A stretch of DNA of 64,000 bases from an uncultured Candidatus Saccharibacteria bacterium (GCA_938043965.1 CALIQQ010000002.1:82321-146320); one strand, 5' to 3'; positions 1 to 9,759 are shown, numbered from the stretch's first letter. A program made the numbers and translations. The notes: generated by a model not told the origin, from the sequence alone.

Positions 1-336
1 TTAGGCGATTTCTCTACAATAAAAAATAGTTCTCACCCCGCTAAAAGTACTAACTTAATTAAAATGTCTAAAACTTCAGCCTATAATCCTAAAAACTATT
101 TCAGTAAAACTATTAAGATTAATCAATCCTCGCCCTACACTTTAATCATAGTGAATGATTTAATTTATGGTATTTCTAAAAATAAAACCATCACGATTAC
201 CGATCTGGATCGTCGTGCCGATAATGAAATTCGGCTAGTTGGTTATGACGAAACTGGCTACGCCTCAAATGTAAAAACCATCAGCTACCCGTCTGAAAAA
301 ATCACTCCACCCGAAACTGGTATCCCTAAACTATAA
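1..336 (+). CDS. 3' part of hypothetical (probably surface) protein, truncated by window start
   Basis: Frame is open from base 1 to TAA at 336; ends ITPPETGIPKL. Confidence 0.6.
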   Translation, partial: LGDFSTIKNSSHPAKSTNLIKMSKTSAYNPKNYFSKTIKINQSSPYTLIIVNDLIYGISKNKTITITDLDRRADNEIRLVGYDETGYASNVKTISYPSEKITPPETGIPKL

Positions 337-371
337 AATCACTCCACCCGAAACCGGCATCCCTAAACTAT
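298..371 (+). repeat. 37-bp tandem duplication spanning the stop codon
   Basis: aaaatcactccacccgaaacYggYatccctaaactat at 298 and 335, 2 mismatches. Confidence 0.95.
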
Positions 372-436
372 AAAAATCATTTTGCCTAAACTTGGCGACC
401 TTCAAAAAGACCAATTGTTTTTGAATTCGAGATACC

Positions 437-625
437 TTATGGTCTAGATGATAAATGCCAATGTTCGCCAAACTCACATTTATAAACAGACAATTCTGGC
501 GCTCCATAGTCGTATTGCGCCACCTTTGCCGCAACTTCTGCTTCTTCGCGTGTCGCGTAGCAAACTTTCTTCGCGTCTCCCACCCAGCATTTTTTTGGCT
601 CAATTTCTCTTATTCTTTGCATCAT
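437..625 (-). CDS. small hypothetical protein, possible Cys/His metal-binding
   Basis: 62 aa with K-x-C-Y-x-T-x-E-E-A...Y-K-C-x4-H-W-H-L-S-S pattern; lies downstream of and co-oriented with the kinase gene. Confidence 0.65.
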   Translation of the reverse strand: MMQRIREIEPKKCWVGDAKKVCYATREEAEVAAKVAQYDYGAPELSVYKCEFGEHWHLSSRP

Positions 626-687
626 TTTCCTGATTCAATTTTATGTCGCTTTAACTATATTTCCTAGGATATTTTATATCTCCTAAG

Positions 688-1872
688 CTATTTTTGCCAA
701 TCTAATTTAATTTTAAATGCCATCCCGGTCTTAGTCGGACTGAATTGATATTTTATTCCATAGTGTTTGAGAATACTTTTTACTACAAATAACCCAATTC
801 CAGTGCCGCCATTATTCTCACCATGTTCAAATATATTAAAAAGTGCTGAGACGCTCTGCTTTCTAATTGGCTGACATCGGTTTTCTATTCTCAACCAATG
901 ATTTCGATAGGTTATTAAAATCGTACTGTTATCATCAGCATATTTTACCGCATTGCTAATTAAATTGGAAAAAAGTTTTTGAAAGGCGGGCTTGGCTAGT
1001 CTAATTTTTTCGCGGTCCAACTGAATTTCTAACTTTAATTTCTTCGCTAGAATTAGCGGACGATAGTCTTTTATAATTTTCGGTAGCTCTCGTTTAATAG
1101 CTATTTGCTCCGGCTTTTTTAGCCAATCCTTGTAAGACGAGGCGTTAAGGATTTCTGAAATCATTGTCGCCATTTTATCAACTATTTTAATTGATTCACC
1201 AAGATACTTTTTATGGTCCCGGTATTCGCCAACTTCGTATTGCATATTCTCCAAAGTAATTCTTAAGCCGGATAGTGGTGTTTTTAACTCATGTGAAGCG
1301 CTACTTAAAAACGTGCTTTTTGCTCGCTCAACATCGCTCGCAATTTTTTCTGCTTCAATCAGCGGTTTTACGATAATTTTTGATGACATGTATGCAAAAA
1401 TGATTGAAAAAACTAGCCCAACCGCAAGTGAATATGGTAAAAAGTTTAGGGTTAAATTCTCAGCATCTTTTCTCGCATTGCGCGATGAGATAAATTCTAA
1501 AATAAGTTCTTTGTTATCATTCAATCTAACCGTTCTAATCTCAATGAACACGGAATTATCCGAACTAGTTTTATCGACCGCTACTTCATTTTTAATATCT
1601 AAAACGTCATTACTGTCATTTTGAGCTCTAACTGAAATACTGATTGATTCGTTTTGCTGATAAACTTTTAGGTAATTCTTAACACTTGCTTCATCAAAAC
1701 CGTTTAAAGCTTGCGCAACTGCGTCCGCTTTTTTCGTTAACTCATCCTTAGTATTTTCTAGATAAAAATGCGGTAAAAGGCCATAAATTATAATATGCAA
1801 TATAACTAGTAGGCTCGCCATAATCGCCATAGCTACGCTGAAGGTCCGAGTAAAAATTTGCGATTTTTTCAT
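688..1872 (-). CDS. vncS: sensor histidine kinase, VncS-like
   Basis: Two TM segments, H-box SHELKTPL, N-box NLISNAVKY, G-box GTGIGL; 4-bp overlap with the response regulator. Confidence 0.85.
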   Translation of the reverse strand: MKKSQIFTRTFSVAMAIMASLLVILHIIIYGLLPHFYLENTKDELTKKADAVAQALNGFDEASVKNYLKVYQQNESISISVRAQNDSNDVLDIKNEVAVDKTSSDNSVFIEIRTVRLNDNKELILEFISSRNARKDAENLTLNFLPYSLAVGLVFSIIFAYMSSKIIVKPLIEAEKIASDVERAKSTFLSSASHELKTPLSGLRITLENMQYEVGEYRDHKKYLGESIKIVDKMATMISEILNASSYKDWLKKPEQIAIKRELPKIIKDYRPLILAKKLKLEIQLDREKIRLAKPAFQKLFSNLISNAVKYADDNSTILITYRNHWLRIENRCQPIRKQSVSALFNIFEHGENNGGTGIGLFVVKSILKHYGIKYQFSPTKTGMAFKIKLDWQK

Positions 1873-2525
1873 CTCAGCTCCAACTTATAGCCAACATTTT
1901 TTACGGTCACAATACAGTCAAGCCCCAACTTTTTACGTAGCGACTTAATATATACATCGACTACTCGTTCAAGCGGAATTTCTTCATCATAACTCCACGC
2001 CTTTTCAATAATTTGGCTGCGCGTCAAAATTTGATTTTGATTATTTACTAATACCTTTAATACCTCTAGTTCCTTTGGGTTGATTTTAATTTTTTGGCCA
2101 GCCACAGTCGCTACATAATTTACAAAATCAACTTCTAGATTTTTGTATTTCCACCCTTCGTTGACGGGATTTCTCCGTCGATAAATAGCTTCAATTCTTG
2201 CTGCCAGTACGGCTAGTGAAAACGGTTTATTGATAAAGCCATCCGCCAGTGTATTAAAGGCAGCAATTTTTGTTTCATCATCACTGAGCGCAGTTAACAT
2301 CAAAACTGGCACTTCACTTTGCTTACGAATGAGTTGTAGTACTTCTAGACCAGATTTCTTCGGCAGCATAATGTCGAGCAGGACAAAATCAATTTCATTT
2401 TGTTCAAATTTCAATAAAGCCTGCTCGCCATCAAACGCTTGTACGTAGTTATATCCAGAGTTTGCTAAAAAGGCACAAATACCATCGCTAATCGCCACCT
2501 CATCTTCAACTACTAAAATCCTCAT
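1869..2525 (-). CDS. vncR: OmpR-family response regulator, VncR-like
   Basis: Receiver ILVVEDE/LLDIMLP/KPF; winged helix VDVYIKSLRKKL...TVKNVGYKL. Confidence 0.85.
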   Translation of the reverse strand: MRILVVEDEVAISDGICAFLANSGYNYVQAFDGEQALLKFEQNEIDFVLLDIMLPKKSGLEVLQLIRKQSEVPVLMLTALSDDETKIAAFNTLADGFINKPFSLAVLAARIEAIYRRRNPVNEGWKYKNLEVDFVNYVATVAGQKIKINPKELEVLKVLVNNQNQILTRSQIIEKAWSYDEEIPLERVVDVYIKSLRKKLGLDCIVTVKNVGYKLELR

Positions 2526-2549
2526 ACACCTATCATAGCACAGTCAAAA

Positions 2550-3920
2550 CTATGCAATTTCAAACAATAATTCTTTCGGCTGTTTTTTCATTAAACTGCT
2601 TGAGCTGATTATTAGTGACACTAAAATCACTATACTTCCACTTACGACTACGAAAATTAAATCAGCTGGCTCAATTTTAATTTCTAGGTCAGTAATTGTT
2701 TTATTAAAGCCGTCAATTTCTGCGCCACCAGCTAATTTTGAAGTTGCAGCTTCTTTGTTTAATTCTTTAGTAATGCCAGTAGTCACATTTTTTACAATAC
2801 CACTTGCTATGCTGCCACCAGTCTGGCTCGCAAAATAGTAGGATACGCCGAAGCCGACCACTCCAATCATTATTAGTTCCAACATAAATTGCCCAACAAT
2901 CTGCCATTTATTTTTGCCAATTGAAAGCAAAATGCCAATCTCCTTGCGCCTTGCATTTAGCCACAAGAATAGGACTAAGGTCAAAATTGCGCCCGAGAAA
3001 ATTAGTCCACCGATCAATAACTTGCTGGCAACTCCATAAACTCCAGCGATTGATTTTTGGAGTGACGGGAAATTACTCGACCCCTTTATTAGTTGATAAG
3101 ATTTCCAATCTATTGCCAATTTTTGTGCCGCACTCATCACTTGGTCAAGGTTTTTATTTCCATCTACAAAGAACGTCGCATCTTGATAGATGGCATTTTC
3201 CTTAGTGTAGCCATAAAGTTTTGCAGCAGTATCTAAGTCGGCGATTAAATTATTTTCATAAAGTTCCTGTGCGCTCGATACGCCAGTTTTATTTTTACCA
3301 GCAAATAGTCCCAAGATTGTCACCTCCACTGTTTCGTCTGCCTGCTTTTCGTTATCCGCATCATAAATGTTTGATTTAATTTTTAATTTATAACCCACTT
3401 TTAAATTATTTTTCTTCGCCAAATCCTCATGCATTAAAACAGTCGCCACATCACTTTTTTCTAAATGACGACCATCAACCAACTTGAAAGTTTCCGCCAC
3501 AAACTTATCTTCTTTTGTTGAATCGTTTACGCCGGTCACTATCAACGTTCGGCCAAACTTTCTCGCTCTTTCGGCATCTCTTGCCTCACCTTTTGCGGCA
3601 ATAATTTCGTGGTCAACTAAATCCGCCACCACGCCCATGCGCTTGACATGCTCTTTTACTCCGTCAATTTTTGCAATTTGCGTAATATCTTCGCCCTTCA
3701 AATTTCCAGCACCACGTGGCGTGCCTGGGTTGGTTCGTCGGTTAATCTGCATTGCAAAGCTATTTGTAATATCTTTGAAGGTTTCTTTTGAAGCTTTTTC
3801 TGCTGCCGTTTTTATTGATAATCCAACTAGGCTCAGCGTTGACATGGTTGCGATAATTAATAAAATCACAACTGATTTTAATGGCTTCCTTGTAATATAT
3901 CTAAAAGCATTTTTGAACAT
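2550..3920 (-). CDS. vex3: ABC transporter permease (FtsX/MacB type), Vex3-like
   Basis: NSFAMQINRRTNPGTPRGAGN, SNIYDADNEK and GGAEIDGF segments match pneumococcal Vex3 as recalled; RRKEIGILLSIG FtsX motif. Confidence 0.8.
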   Translation of the reverse strand: MFKNAFRYITRKPLKSVVILLIIATMSTLSLVGLSIKTAAEKASKETFKDITNSFAMQINRRTNPGTPRGAGNLKGEDITQIAKIDGVKEHVKRMGVVADLVDHEIIAAKGEARDAERARKFGRTLIVTGVNDSTKEDKFVAETFKLVDGRHLEKSDVATVLMHEDLAKKNNLKVGYKLKIKSNIYDADNEKQADETVEVTILGLFAGKNKTGVSSAQELYENNLIADLDTAAKLYGYTKENAIYQDATFFVDGNKNLDQVMSAAQKLAIDWKSYQLIKGSSNFPSLQKSIAGVYGVASKLLIGGLIFSGAILTLVLFLWLNARRKEIGILLSIGKNKWQIVGQFMLELIMIGVVGFGVSYYFASQTGGSIASGIVKNVTTGITKELNKEAATSKLAGGAEIDGFNKTITDLEIKIEPADLIFVVVSGSIVILVSLIISSSSLMKKQPKELLFEIA

Positions 3921-3929
3921 AAACTCTCC

Positions 3930-4562
3930 CTACTTAATTTTTAGCTGCTTATTTTTTAACTCTAAAACTTGGTCCGCTGCCGCCGCAACTTCTTTGCTGT
4001 GCGTCACCACAATCACACATTTTTTGTTTTTGTGCGCAGAGCGTTTTAAGATTTCAATAATTTCCGTCGTGGTTTGCTCGTCAAGATTTCCGGTTGGTTC
4101 GTCCGCCAAAATAATTGGCGCTTCCGAGGCTAATGCTCTAGCAATGGCTACACGTTGTTGCTGTCCCCCCGATAACCTCATCACATTGCGTCTAATCTGC
4201 TCCTCGTCTAGTCCGAGTTCAGTTAAAATCTCTTTTTTAGCGCCACTATTTACTAGCCTGACATTTTCTAGCGGACTGAGATAATCGATTAAATTGTAAT
4301 TCTGGAATACTAAAGTGATATGTTTTTTGCGGTGATAATTATATCCTTTTGTTTTAATGTCTTCATCTTCAAACTTAATTTTTCCCGCGGTCGGCGCATC
4401 TAGTCCAGCCAGTAGTGACAATAATGTTGATTTGCCAGCACCAGATCTTCCGATAATGGCGTAAAATTTTCCCGTGCTGAATTCAGCATTCAACTCGGTA
4501 AAAACTTTTTCTTTTGAATCCGAATAATGATATCCGACATTTTCTAATTTTAGTACTTTCAT
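3930..4562 (-). CDS. vex2: ABC transporter ATP-binding protein, Vex2-like
   Basis: GRSGAGKS, LSGGQQQRVAIARAL, ILADEPTGNLD. Confidence 0.85.
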   Translation of the reverse strand: MKVLKLENVGYHYSDSKEKVFTELNAEFSTGKFYAIIGRSGAGKSTLLSLLAGLDAPTAGKIKFEDEDIKTKGYNYHRKKHITLVFQNYNLIDYLSPLENVRLVNSGAKKEILTELGLDEEQIRRNVMRLSGGQQQRVAIARALASEAPIILADEPTGNLDEQTTTEIIEILKRSAHKNKKCVIVVTHSKEVAAAADQVLELKNKQLKIK

Positions 4563-4580
4563 ATTTCTCCTTTTCTATTA

Positions 4581-5927
4581 TTAACTTATTTTTGCTAGTA
4601 TTTTTTTCGGCTTCTGGGTCAAGATACTAATCGAAGTGAAAAACACTGCGCTCATAATCACGATGGTCATAATTAAAAAGCTTAATCCTAAAATCGGCAG
4701 ATTGATTATATTTGACATGCTACTATTTAGCGCCGTTCCAACTTGACTGATTTCTTCATTCGCTATTAAGCCTGCTAATAGTTGCCTCGATAAAACACTG
4801 CCGGTAAACATCGCTATAACGGTTGCCGGTAAATTAAGTAATAATAATTCTAAAATAAATTGTCCGACAATTTGTAATTTTGTTTTTCCAATTGCAAGCA
4901 AAACTCCAATTTCATATACTCGTTCACGTAACCAGAGAATTAGAATTAAAGATAATGCAATTGTTCCAGCCAAAATAATTCCAAGCGTCATTATATTTAA
5001 TAAACTTTGCATTGTTTTAATGCTGCTAGAAATTCCTTCAAAATCTTTTGCGTTTTTCGCTAGTTCTAGCTTTTGCCAATCCAGCGACATTTTTTTGATT
5101 TCCGCGATTGTTTCTTCCAATTTTTCTGGTTGTTCGAGGAAGAAAGTTGCCTGCTCTATGGTGTTTTTGTCTGAAAATACGCCCGCATTTTTCACCATCA
5201 GCTTATCTATGTTCTCCGCTAGAGCCTGTCCACTTCCAAAATTCACATACACCATATTCTCGCTCAAGTCAGAAGATAGTCCGTTAAAGCTCTCTTGGAC
5301 TTGTCCGCTGAATATTCCACTAATTTCAAAAAGCTGTTCCTTCTTCTCATCACTTAAACTGTTGAGCGTAATTTTATCGCCTAATGTCCAATGATTTTTT
5401 TCGGCTAATTTTTCATGTACAAGTATTTGATTTTTAGTTTCAGTATCCAGTTTCTTGGCATCACTTATTCGATTTTCATCTGAGCTAATCGGCTTACCCG
5501 AAATCAATTTAAACGACTCGCTCGTAAAAGTATTTTCTAGTTTTGAATTATTTACTGCATAAACTTTCACTAAATTTTTAAATTTTTCATCCATGCCATC
5601 AATCTGAATTTTTTGTTCACCACTCACCACCTCGCCCGTACTTAATTTAGCGTCAACCGTTGTCCTATAATTCACTTTTTTAATTTTAAAATCCTTGCAG
5701 ATTTGTTCGATCGCACTCGTTGTTATTTCGCCATCTTCAGCTATTCGCCGAATTTGAAATGAAACATTCGCCGTCGCTAAGACGCGTGACGCCATTTTTT
5801 TGCTGGCGTTTTGTACAGCTAAGCACGCGTAAATGCTGGCCGTAATAATTGTTAAAATTAACAGTATAATTATTGCTCGAGTATTTTTTCGCCGAATGTA
5901 AGCTAGGGCTCGCTCAAATATATTCAT
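4581..5927 (-). CDS. vex1: ABC transporter permease (FtsX/MacB type), Vex1-like
   Basis: N-terminal TM, large extracellular loop, LRERVYEIGVLLAIGK motif, 3 C-terminal TMs; first gene of the operon. Confidence 0.75.
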   Translation of the reverse strand: MNIFERALAYIRRKNTRAIIILLILTIITASIYACLAVQNASKKMASRVLATANVSFQIRRIAEDGEITTSAIEQICKDFKIKKVNYRTTVDAKLSTGEVVSGEQKIQIDGMDEKFKNLVKVYAVNNSKLENTFTSESFKLISGKPISSDENRISDAKKLDTETKNQILVHEKLAEKNHWTLGDKITLNSLSDEKKEQLFEISGIFSGQVQESFNGLSSDLSENMVYVNFGSGQALAENIDKLMVKNAGVFSDKNTIEQATFFLEQPEKLEETIAEIKKMSLDWQKLELAKNAKDFEGISSSIKTMQSLLNIMTLGIILAGTIALSLILILWLRERVYEIGVLLAIGKTKLQIVGQFILELLLLNLPATVIAMFTGSVLSRQLLAGLIANEEISQVGTALNSSMSNIINLPILGLSFLIMTIVIMSAVFFTSISILTQKPKKILAKIS

Positions 5928-5971
5928 GAAAATTCCTCTTTAGATTTATTGTATTTTTATTATCGCGCGTC

Positions 5972-5991
5972 AATGTGAAAATAATGTGAAA
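5972..5991 (-). promoter_or_regulatory. direct repeat, candidate OmpR-family (VncR) binding site
   Basis: aatgtgaaa twice with 11-bp period just upstream of the vex1-like promoter region. Confidence 0.5.
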
Positions 5992-6066
5992 TTTATGATA
6001 TGATTTTTATAAAATAGTGGCTCATAAAAAGTCATGAAAATTTCATTAAAAATTTCATAAAATAGG

Positions 6067-6663
6067 ATGGGCGAAATGAGGCAAAAAGGGAATAACTCAA
6101 TTTATCGGGGAACTGAAAAACATATTTTACGAGCATTATCGAAAATCTTAAAGCAACACTCTCCGATTCGGATTAAAACCTGTGAAATTTCAAAAGCTGC
6201 CGGTCTCGCTAATTCATCATTCTATATTCATTATAAATCTCTATCCGATTTAGTTGTTAAAAACGAAGCAAAGCTTTTAGCTGGACTTGAAGAATTACTG
6301 AATCGCCAGGCTTGCGAACAAAATAGCCTAGAGTCGGATTTTAGAAACATATTATTATATTTACATCAGTATCGAGATTATCTAACCGTAGTCACGCACG
6401 CTAAAAATTTAGCCCTGCCCGTTGCGGCATTGAATTTACTGAAAACCGTCATCGAGCGTGATTGGTCGGACTACGGCTGCCATACGAATAACTGTCTCAA
6501 TCGGATTCTTTGCGCCGAGTTTATTGCCGAGTTCAGTCTCTGGCATGACGAAGCCTATTCTGTCGACACCATTCCGGAACATGCCCATCGCTTCGCTTAT
6601 TTTACTCAGAATACACCAAAATTTTTCAGCCAAATCTATCGCGAACCGGTAGACCCTAAATAG
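6067..6663 (+). CDS. TetR/AcrR-family transcriptional regulator
   Basis: N-terminal HTH IKTCEISKAAGLANSSFYIHYKSLSDL; 198 aa. Confidence 0.8.
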   Translation: MGEMRQKGNNSIYRGTEKHILRALSKILKQHSPIRIKTCEISKAAGLANSSFYIHYKSLSDLVVKNEAKLLAGLEELLNRQACEQNSLESDFRNILLYLHQYRDYLTVVTHAKNLALPVAALNLLKTVIERDWSDYGCHTNNCLNRILCAEFIAEFSLWHDEAYSVDTIPEHAHRFAYFTQNTPKFFSQIYREPVDPK

Positions 6664-6698
6664 TTGTAAATAATACAACATAAATAAGCATTTTCATA

Positions 6699-6751
6699 TT
6701 GACACCCCACATTTAGTGGTCTAAAATAAGTTCAGACACTAAATGTAGAGT
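6699..6751 (+). promoter_or_regulatory. sigma70 promoter of nrdD with two tandem NrdR boxes
   Basis: TTGACA(6699)-17-TAAAAT(6722); accccacatttagtgg (6704) and acactaaatgtagagt (6736) resemble the NrdR consensus and are 32 bp apart. Confidence 0.75.
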
Positions 6752-6820
6752 CAGCAATTCCGCAAAAAGAAAAAAATAAATTAAATCAGTTTTGGACAGA
6801 AGCTATAGGAGGTATTTTTT

Positions 6821-9178
6821 ATGTTCAAAAAAATTCAGAAGCGTGACGGTAAAATCGTTAACTTCAACGCCGAAAAAATCGTCGACGCTATCGCAGCTGC
6901 AGGTGCAGCTACCGAAGAATTTAAATATGATCGCGCTAAACAACTCGCCGAAAAAGTTACGAAATTAGCCGAAGAAAAAATCACTGTTCGCACTCCAAAG
7001 GTCGAACAAATCCAAGATCTTGTTGAGCAAGTTTTGATGGAGTCTTCATTTAAGCGCACCGCTAAGGCTTACATTACTTACCGTCAGGAACGTAACCGTA
7101 CTCGTGAGGCACATTCACACCTCATGGAATCATATCGTAAAATTTCGCTTGCTGATGCAGCTGAAGATTCCGATATTAAGCGTAGCAACGCTAACGTTGA
7201 CGGCGATTCCGCGATGGGTAAGATGCTTCAGTTTGGTGCTGAGGGTTCAAAAGAGTTTGCCAAAACCGTTTTAATGGATCCTCGCTTCGCTGCTCTGCAC
7301 GATAATGGTGATATCCACATTCACGACCTTGATTTTTACGCTACTGGTACACTTACTTGCTGCCAGACCGACCCACTCAAATTATTTGCTGACGGCGGTT
7401 TTAATACCGGTCACGGTCACCTCCGCACTCCAAATTCAATTGGCTCCTATGCGGCGCTCGCTGCCATCATTCTTCAAGCTAACCAGAATGAGCAGCACGG
7501 TGGTCAGTCCATCCCTAACTTTGACTACGCTATGGCTCCAGGCGTTGATAAAACTTTCAAAAAGGCCTTGAAGCGCAACCTTGAAAAATACAACCAGTTT
7601 GCTGAAAAAGCAATCAATGTCACCATCCCAGAGGATGTTGTATTCGGCGATGACGAGAAGCTTAAAAAGCTTAAAGTCCCAGCATCAGTTATTAAGGTTT
7701 CAAACGAAGATACTGAAAAGCAAACTTTCCAAGCTATGGAAGGCTTCATCCATAACCTCAACACTATGCACTCTCGTGCTGGTGCTCAGGTGCCATTCAC
7801 TTCGATTAACTTCGGTACTGATATTACTCCAGCTGGTCGTCTCGTCAGCAAATACTTGCTTGAAGCAACCATGAATGGTCTTGGCAAAGGTGAAACTCCA
7901 ATTTTTCCAATCAGCATTTTCAAAGTCAAAGAGGGTGTTAACTATAATCCAGAAGATCCAAACTACGACCTCTTCAAGCGCAGTATGGAAGTTTCCGCAA
8001 AACGCCTCTTCCCGAACTTTACTTTTATCGACGCTCCATTTAACCTTCAGTACTATAAGCCAGGTGATTACCATACTGAAATTGCTACCATGGGCTGCCG
8101 TACTCGCGTCTTTGGCTCCATCTTCCCGGAGTCGGACGGTATCGTCACTGGTCGTGGCAACTGCTCATTCACAACTATCAATCTAGTTCGACTTGGTATT
8201 AAGCATGGTATCGCCTTGGGTGAACGCAAAGAAGCTGACTGGTCTGGTTTCTACAAAGACCTCGACTCCTTAATGGATATCGTTAAAGATCAGCTCATCG
8301 AACGCTATGACTTTCAGGCAAACCAACACGTCCGCAACTTCCCATTCTTGATGGGTCAAGGCAACTGGTTCGGCTCTGAAAAACTTGGCATGAATGATAA
8401 GCTCCGCGAAGTGATTAAGCACGGTACGCTTTCTATCGGTTTCATCGGCCTTGCAGAAACTTTGGTCGCTATGACTGGTAAACATCACGGCGAATCTGAA
8501 GAGTGCCAGGAACTCGGCCTCGACATTATCACCCACATGCGTGAGCGCTGCGACATGTATATGAAAAAATACCATATGAACTTCTCTCTGCTCGCTACCC
8601 CAGCTGAAGGTCTCGCTGGTCGCTTCACAAAGATCGACCGTCGTGAATATGGCGTAATTGATGGCGTAACTGATCGTGACTTCTACACCAACTCATTCCA
8701 CGTTCCAGTTTATTACCCAATCTCAGCCTTTGATAAAATCAAAAAAGAAGCTCCATATCACGCCCTTTGTAATGCTGGACACATTAGCTATATCGAGCTT
8801 GATGGCGATCCAAGCGACAATATCGAAGCTTTCGAAGCTGTTATTCGCCAAATGCATGATGCTGGTATCGGTTACGGTTCTGTCAATCACCCAGTTGATC
8901 GCGATCCAATTTGTGGTTTCGCTGGCATCATTAAAGGTGAACGTTGTCCAAGCTGTGGCCGTCTTGAAGATGATGTTCTCTTCGAGCGTCTCCGCCGCAT
9001 CACCGGCTATCTCGTTGGCAGCCTTGAGCGTTGGAATGACGGTAAAAAAGCTGAAGAAAGCTCTCGTGTTAAGCACTCGGTTTGTTTGAACGATAAAAAC
9101 GGTGTTTATAATAAAGACCAAAAATCCGCTCGTGAAGCTGCTAAGAAAACCACTAAGAAAGCTGTTGGAGCAGAATAA
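6821..9178 (+). CDS. nrdD: anaerobic (class III) ribonucleoside-triphosphate reductase
   Basis: N-terminal ATP cone KIQKRDG, IHIHDLDF, MGCRT, ATPAEGL, glycyl-radical RRITGYL; SD aggagg. Confidence 0.97.
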   Translation: MFKKIQKRDGKIVNFNAEKIVDAIAAAGAATEEFKYDRAKQLAEKVTKLAEEKITVRTPKVEQIQDLVEQVLMESSFKRTAKAYITYRQERNRTREAHSHLMESYRKISLADAAEDSDIKRSNANVDGDSAMGKMLQFGAEGSKEFAKTVLMDPRFAALHDNGDIHIHDLDFYATGTLTCCQTDPLKLFADGGFNTGHGHLRTPNSIGSYAALAAIILQANQNEQHGGQSIPNFDYAMAPGVDKTFKKALKRNLEKYNQFAEKAINVTIPEDVVFGDDEKLKKLKVPASVIKVSNEDTEKQTFQAMEGFIHNLNTMHSRAGAQVPFTSINFGTDITPAGRLVSKYLLEATMNGLGKGETPIFPISIFKVKEGVNYNPEDPNYDLFKRSMEVSAKRLFPNFTFIDAPFNLQYYKPGDYHTEIATMGCRTRVFGSIFPESDGIVTGRGNCSFTTINLVRLGIKHGIALGERKEADWSGFYKDLDSLMDIVKDQLIERYDFQANQHVRNFPFLMGQGNWFGSEKLGMNDKLREVIKHGTLSIGFIGLAETLVAMTGKHHGESEECQELGLDIITHMRERCDMYMKKYHMNFSLLATPAEGLAGRFTKIDRREYGVIDGVTDRDFYTNSFHVPVYYPISAFDKIKKEAPYHALCNAGHISYIELDGDPSDNIEAFEAVIRQMHDAGIGYGSVNHPVDRDPICGFAGIIKGERCPSCGRLEDDVLFERLRRITGYLVGSLERWNDGKKAEESSRVKHSVCLNDKNGVYNKDQKSAREAAKKTTKKAVGAE

Positions 9179-9702
9179 TGGCTGAGTGGAAATCTCCAGT
9201 CAAAGGATCAGATCAGGCGCACATCCGCCTGTCTGGTCCAATCGAAAGCGATTCCATTGTCAACGGTTATGGACTTCGCGCTGTGATTTGGACTCAAGGC
9301 TGTTTCATTCACTGCAAGGGCTGCCAAAATCCTGAAACTTGGAATCCTGAAGCTGGCGTTTTGGTTGATCTAGAAGATGTCAAAAAAGAACTTCTTGCCA
9401 TGAAGGGTCAGACTGGTCTGACCTTCTGTGGCGGCGAGCCGAGCATCCAAGCTGAAGCTTGCATTGAAATTGCTCGCTTTGTGAAAAAAGAACTCGGTTG
9501 GAATGTGTGGAGTTTTTCTGGCTATACTTACGAAACTTTAAAAGAAAAAGGTGGTAAACCCTGGGAGTTCGTTAAAGAGCTTGATGCTTTAATCGACGGA
9601 CCATTTGTGCTCGAACAACGCGACCTCACCTTGAAATTCCGTGGCTCAAAAAACCAACGCCTACTTCATCTGAAAAATGGTGAAATCACTAAAGTTGAAT
9701 AA
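9178..9702 (+). CDS. nrdG: anaerobic RNR activating radical-SAM protein
   Basis: CFIHCKGC motif, GGEP, FRGSKNQR; coupled to nrdD. Confidence 0.96.
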   Translation: MAEWKSPVKGSDQAHIRLSGPIESDSIVNGYGLRAVIWTQGCFIHCKGCQNPETWNPEAGVLVDLEDVKKELLAMKGQTGLTFCGGEPSIQAEACIEIARFVKKELGWNVWSFSGYTYETLKEKGGKPWEFVKELDALIDGPFVLEQRDLTLKFRGSKNQRLLHLKNGEITKVE

Positions 9703-9705
9703 ATT

Positions 9706-9759
9706 TTAAGTGCGCTAGTTAAACTAAATCTTAAGTGCGCTAGTTAAACTAAATCTTAA
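9706..9759. repeat. 25-bp perfect tandem duplication overlapping the tilS stop
   Basis: ttaagtgcgctagttaaactaaatc at 9706 and 9731. Confidence 0.95.

Noticed and set aside
3484..4284. Long antisense/alternate-frame ORFs (e.g. 3484-4284, 30989-31660, 37627-38235)
   Set aside because: Shadows of well-supported genes or of repeat tracts, with no independent motifs.
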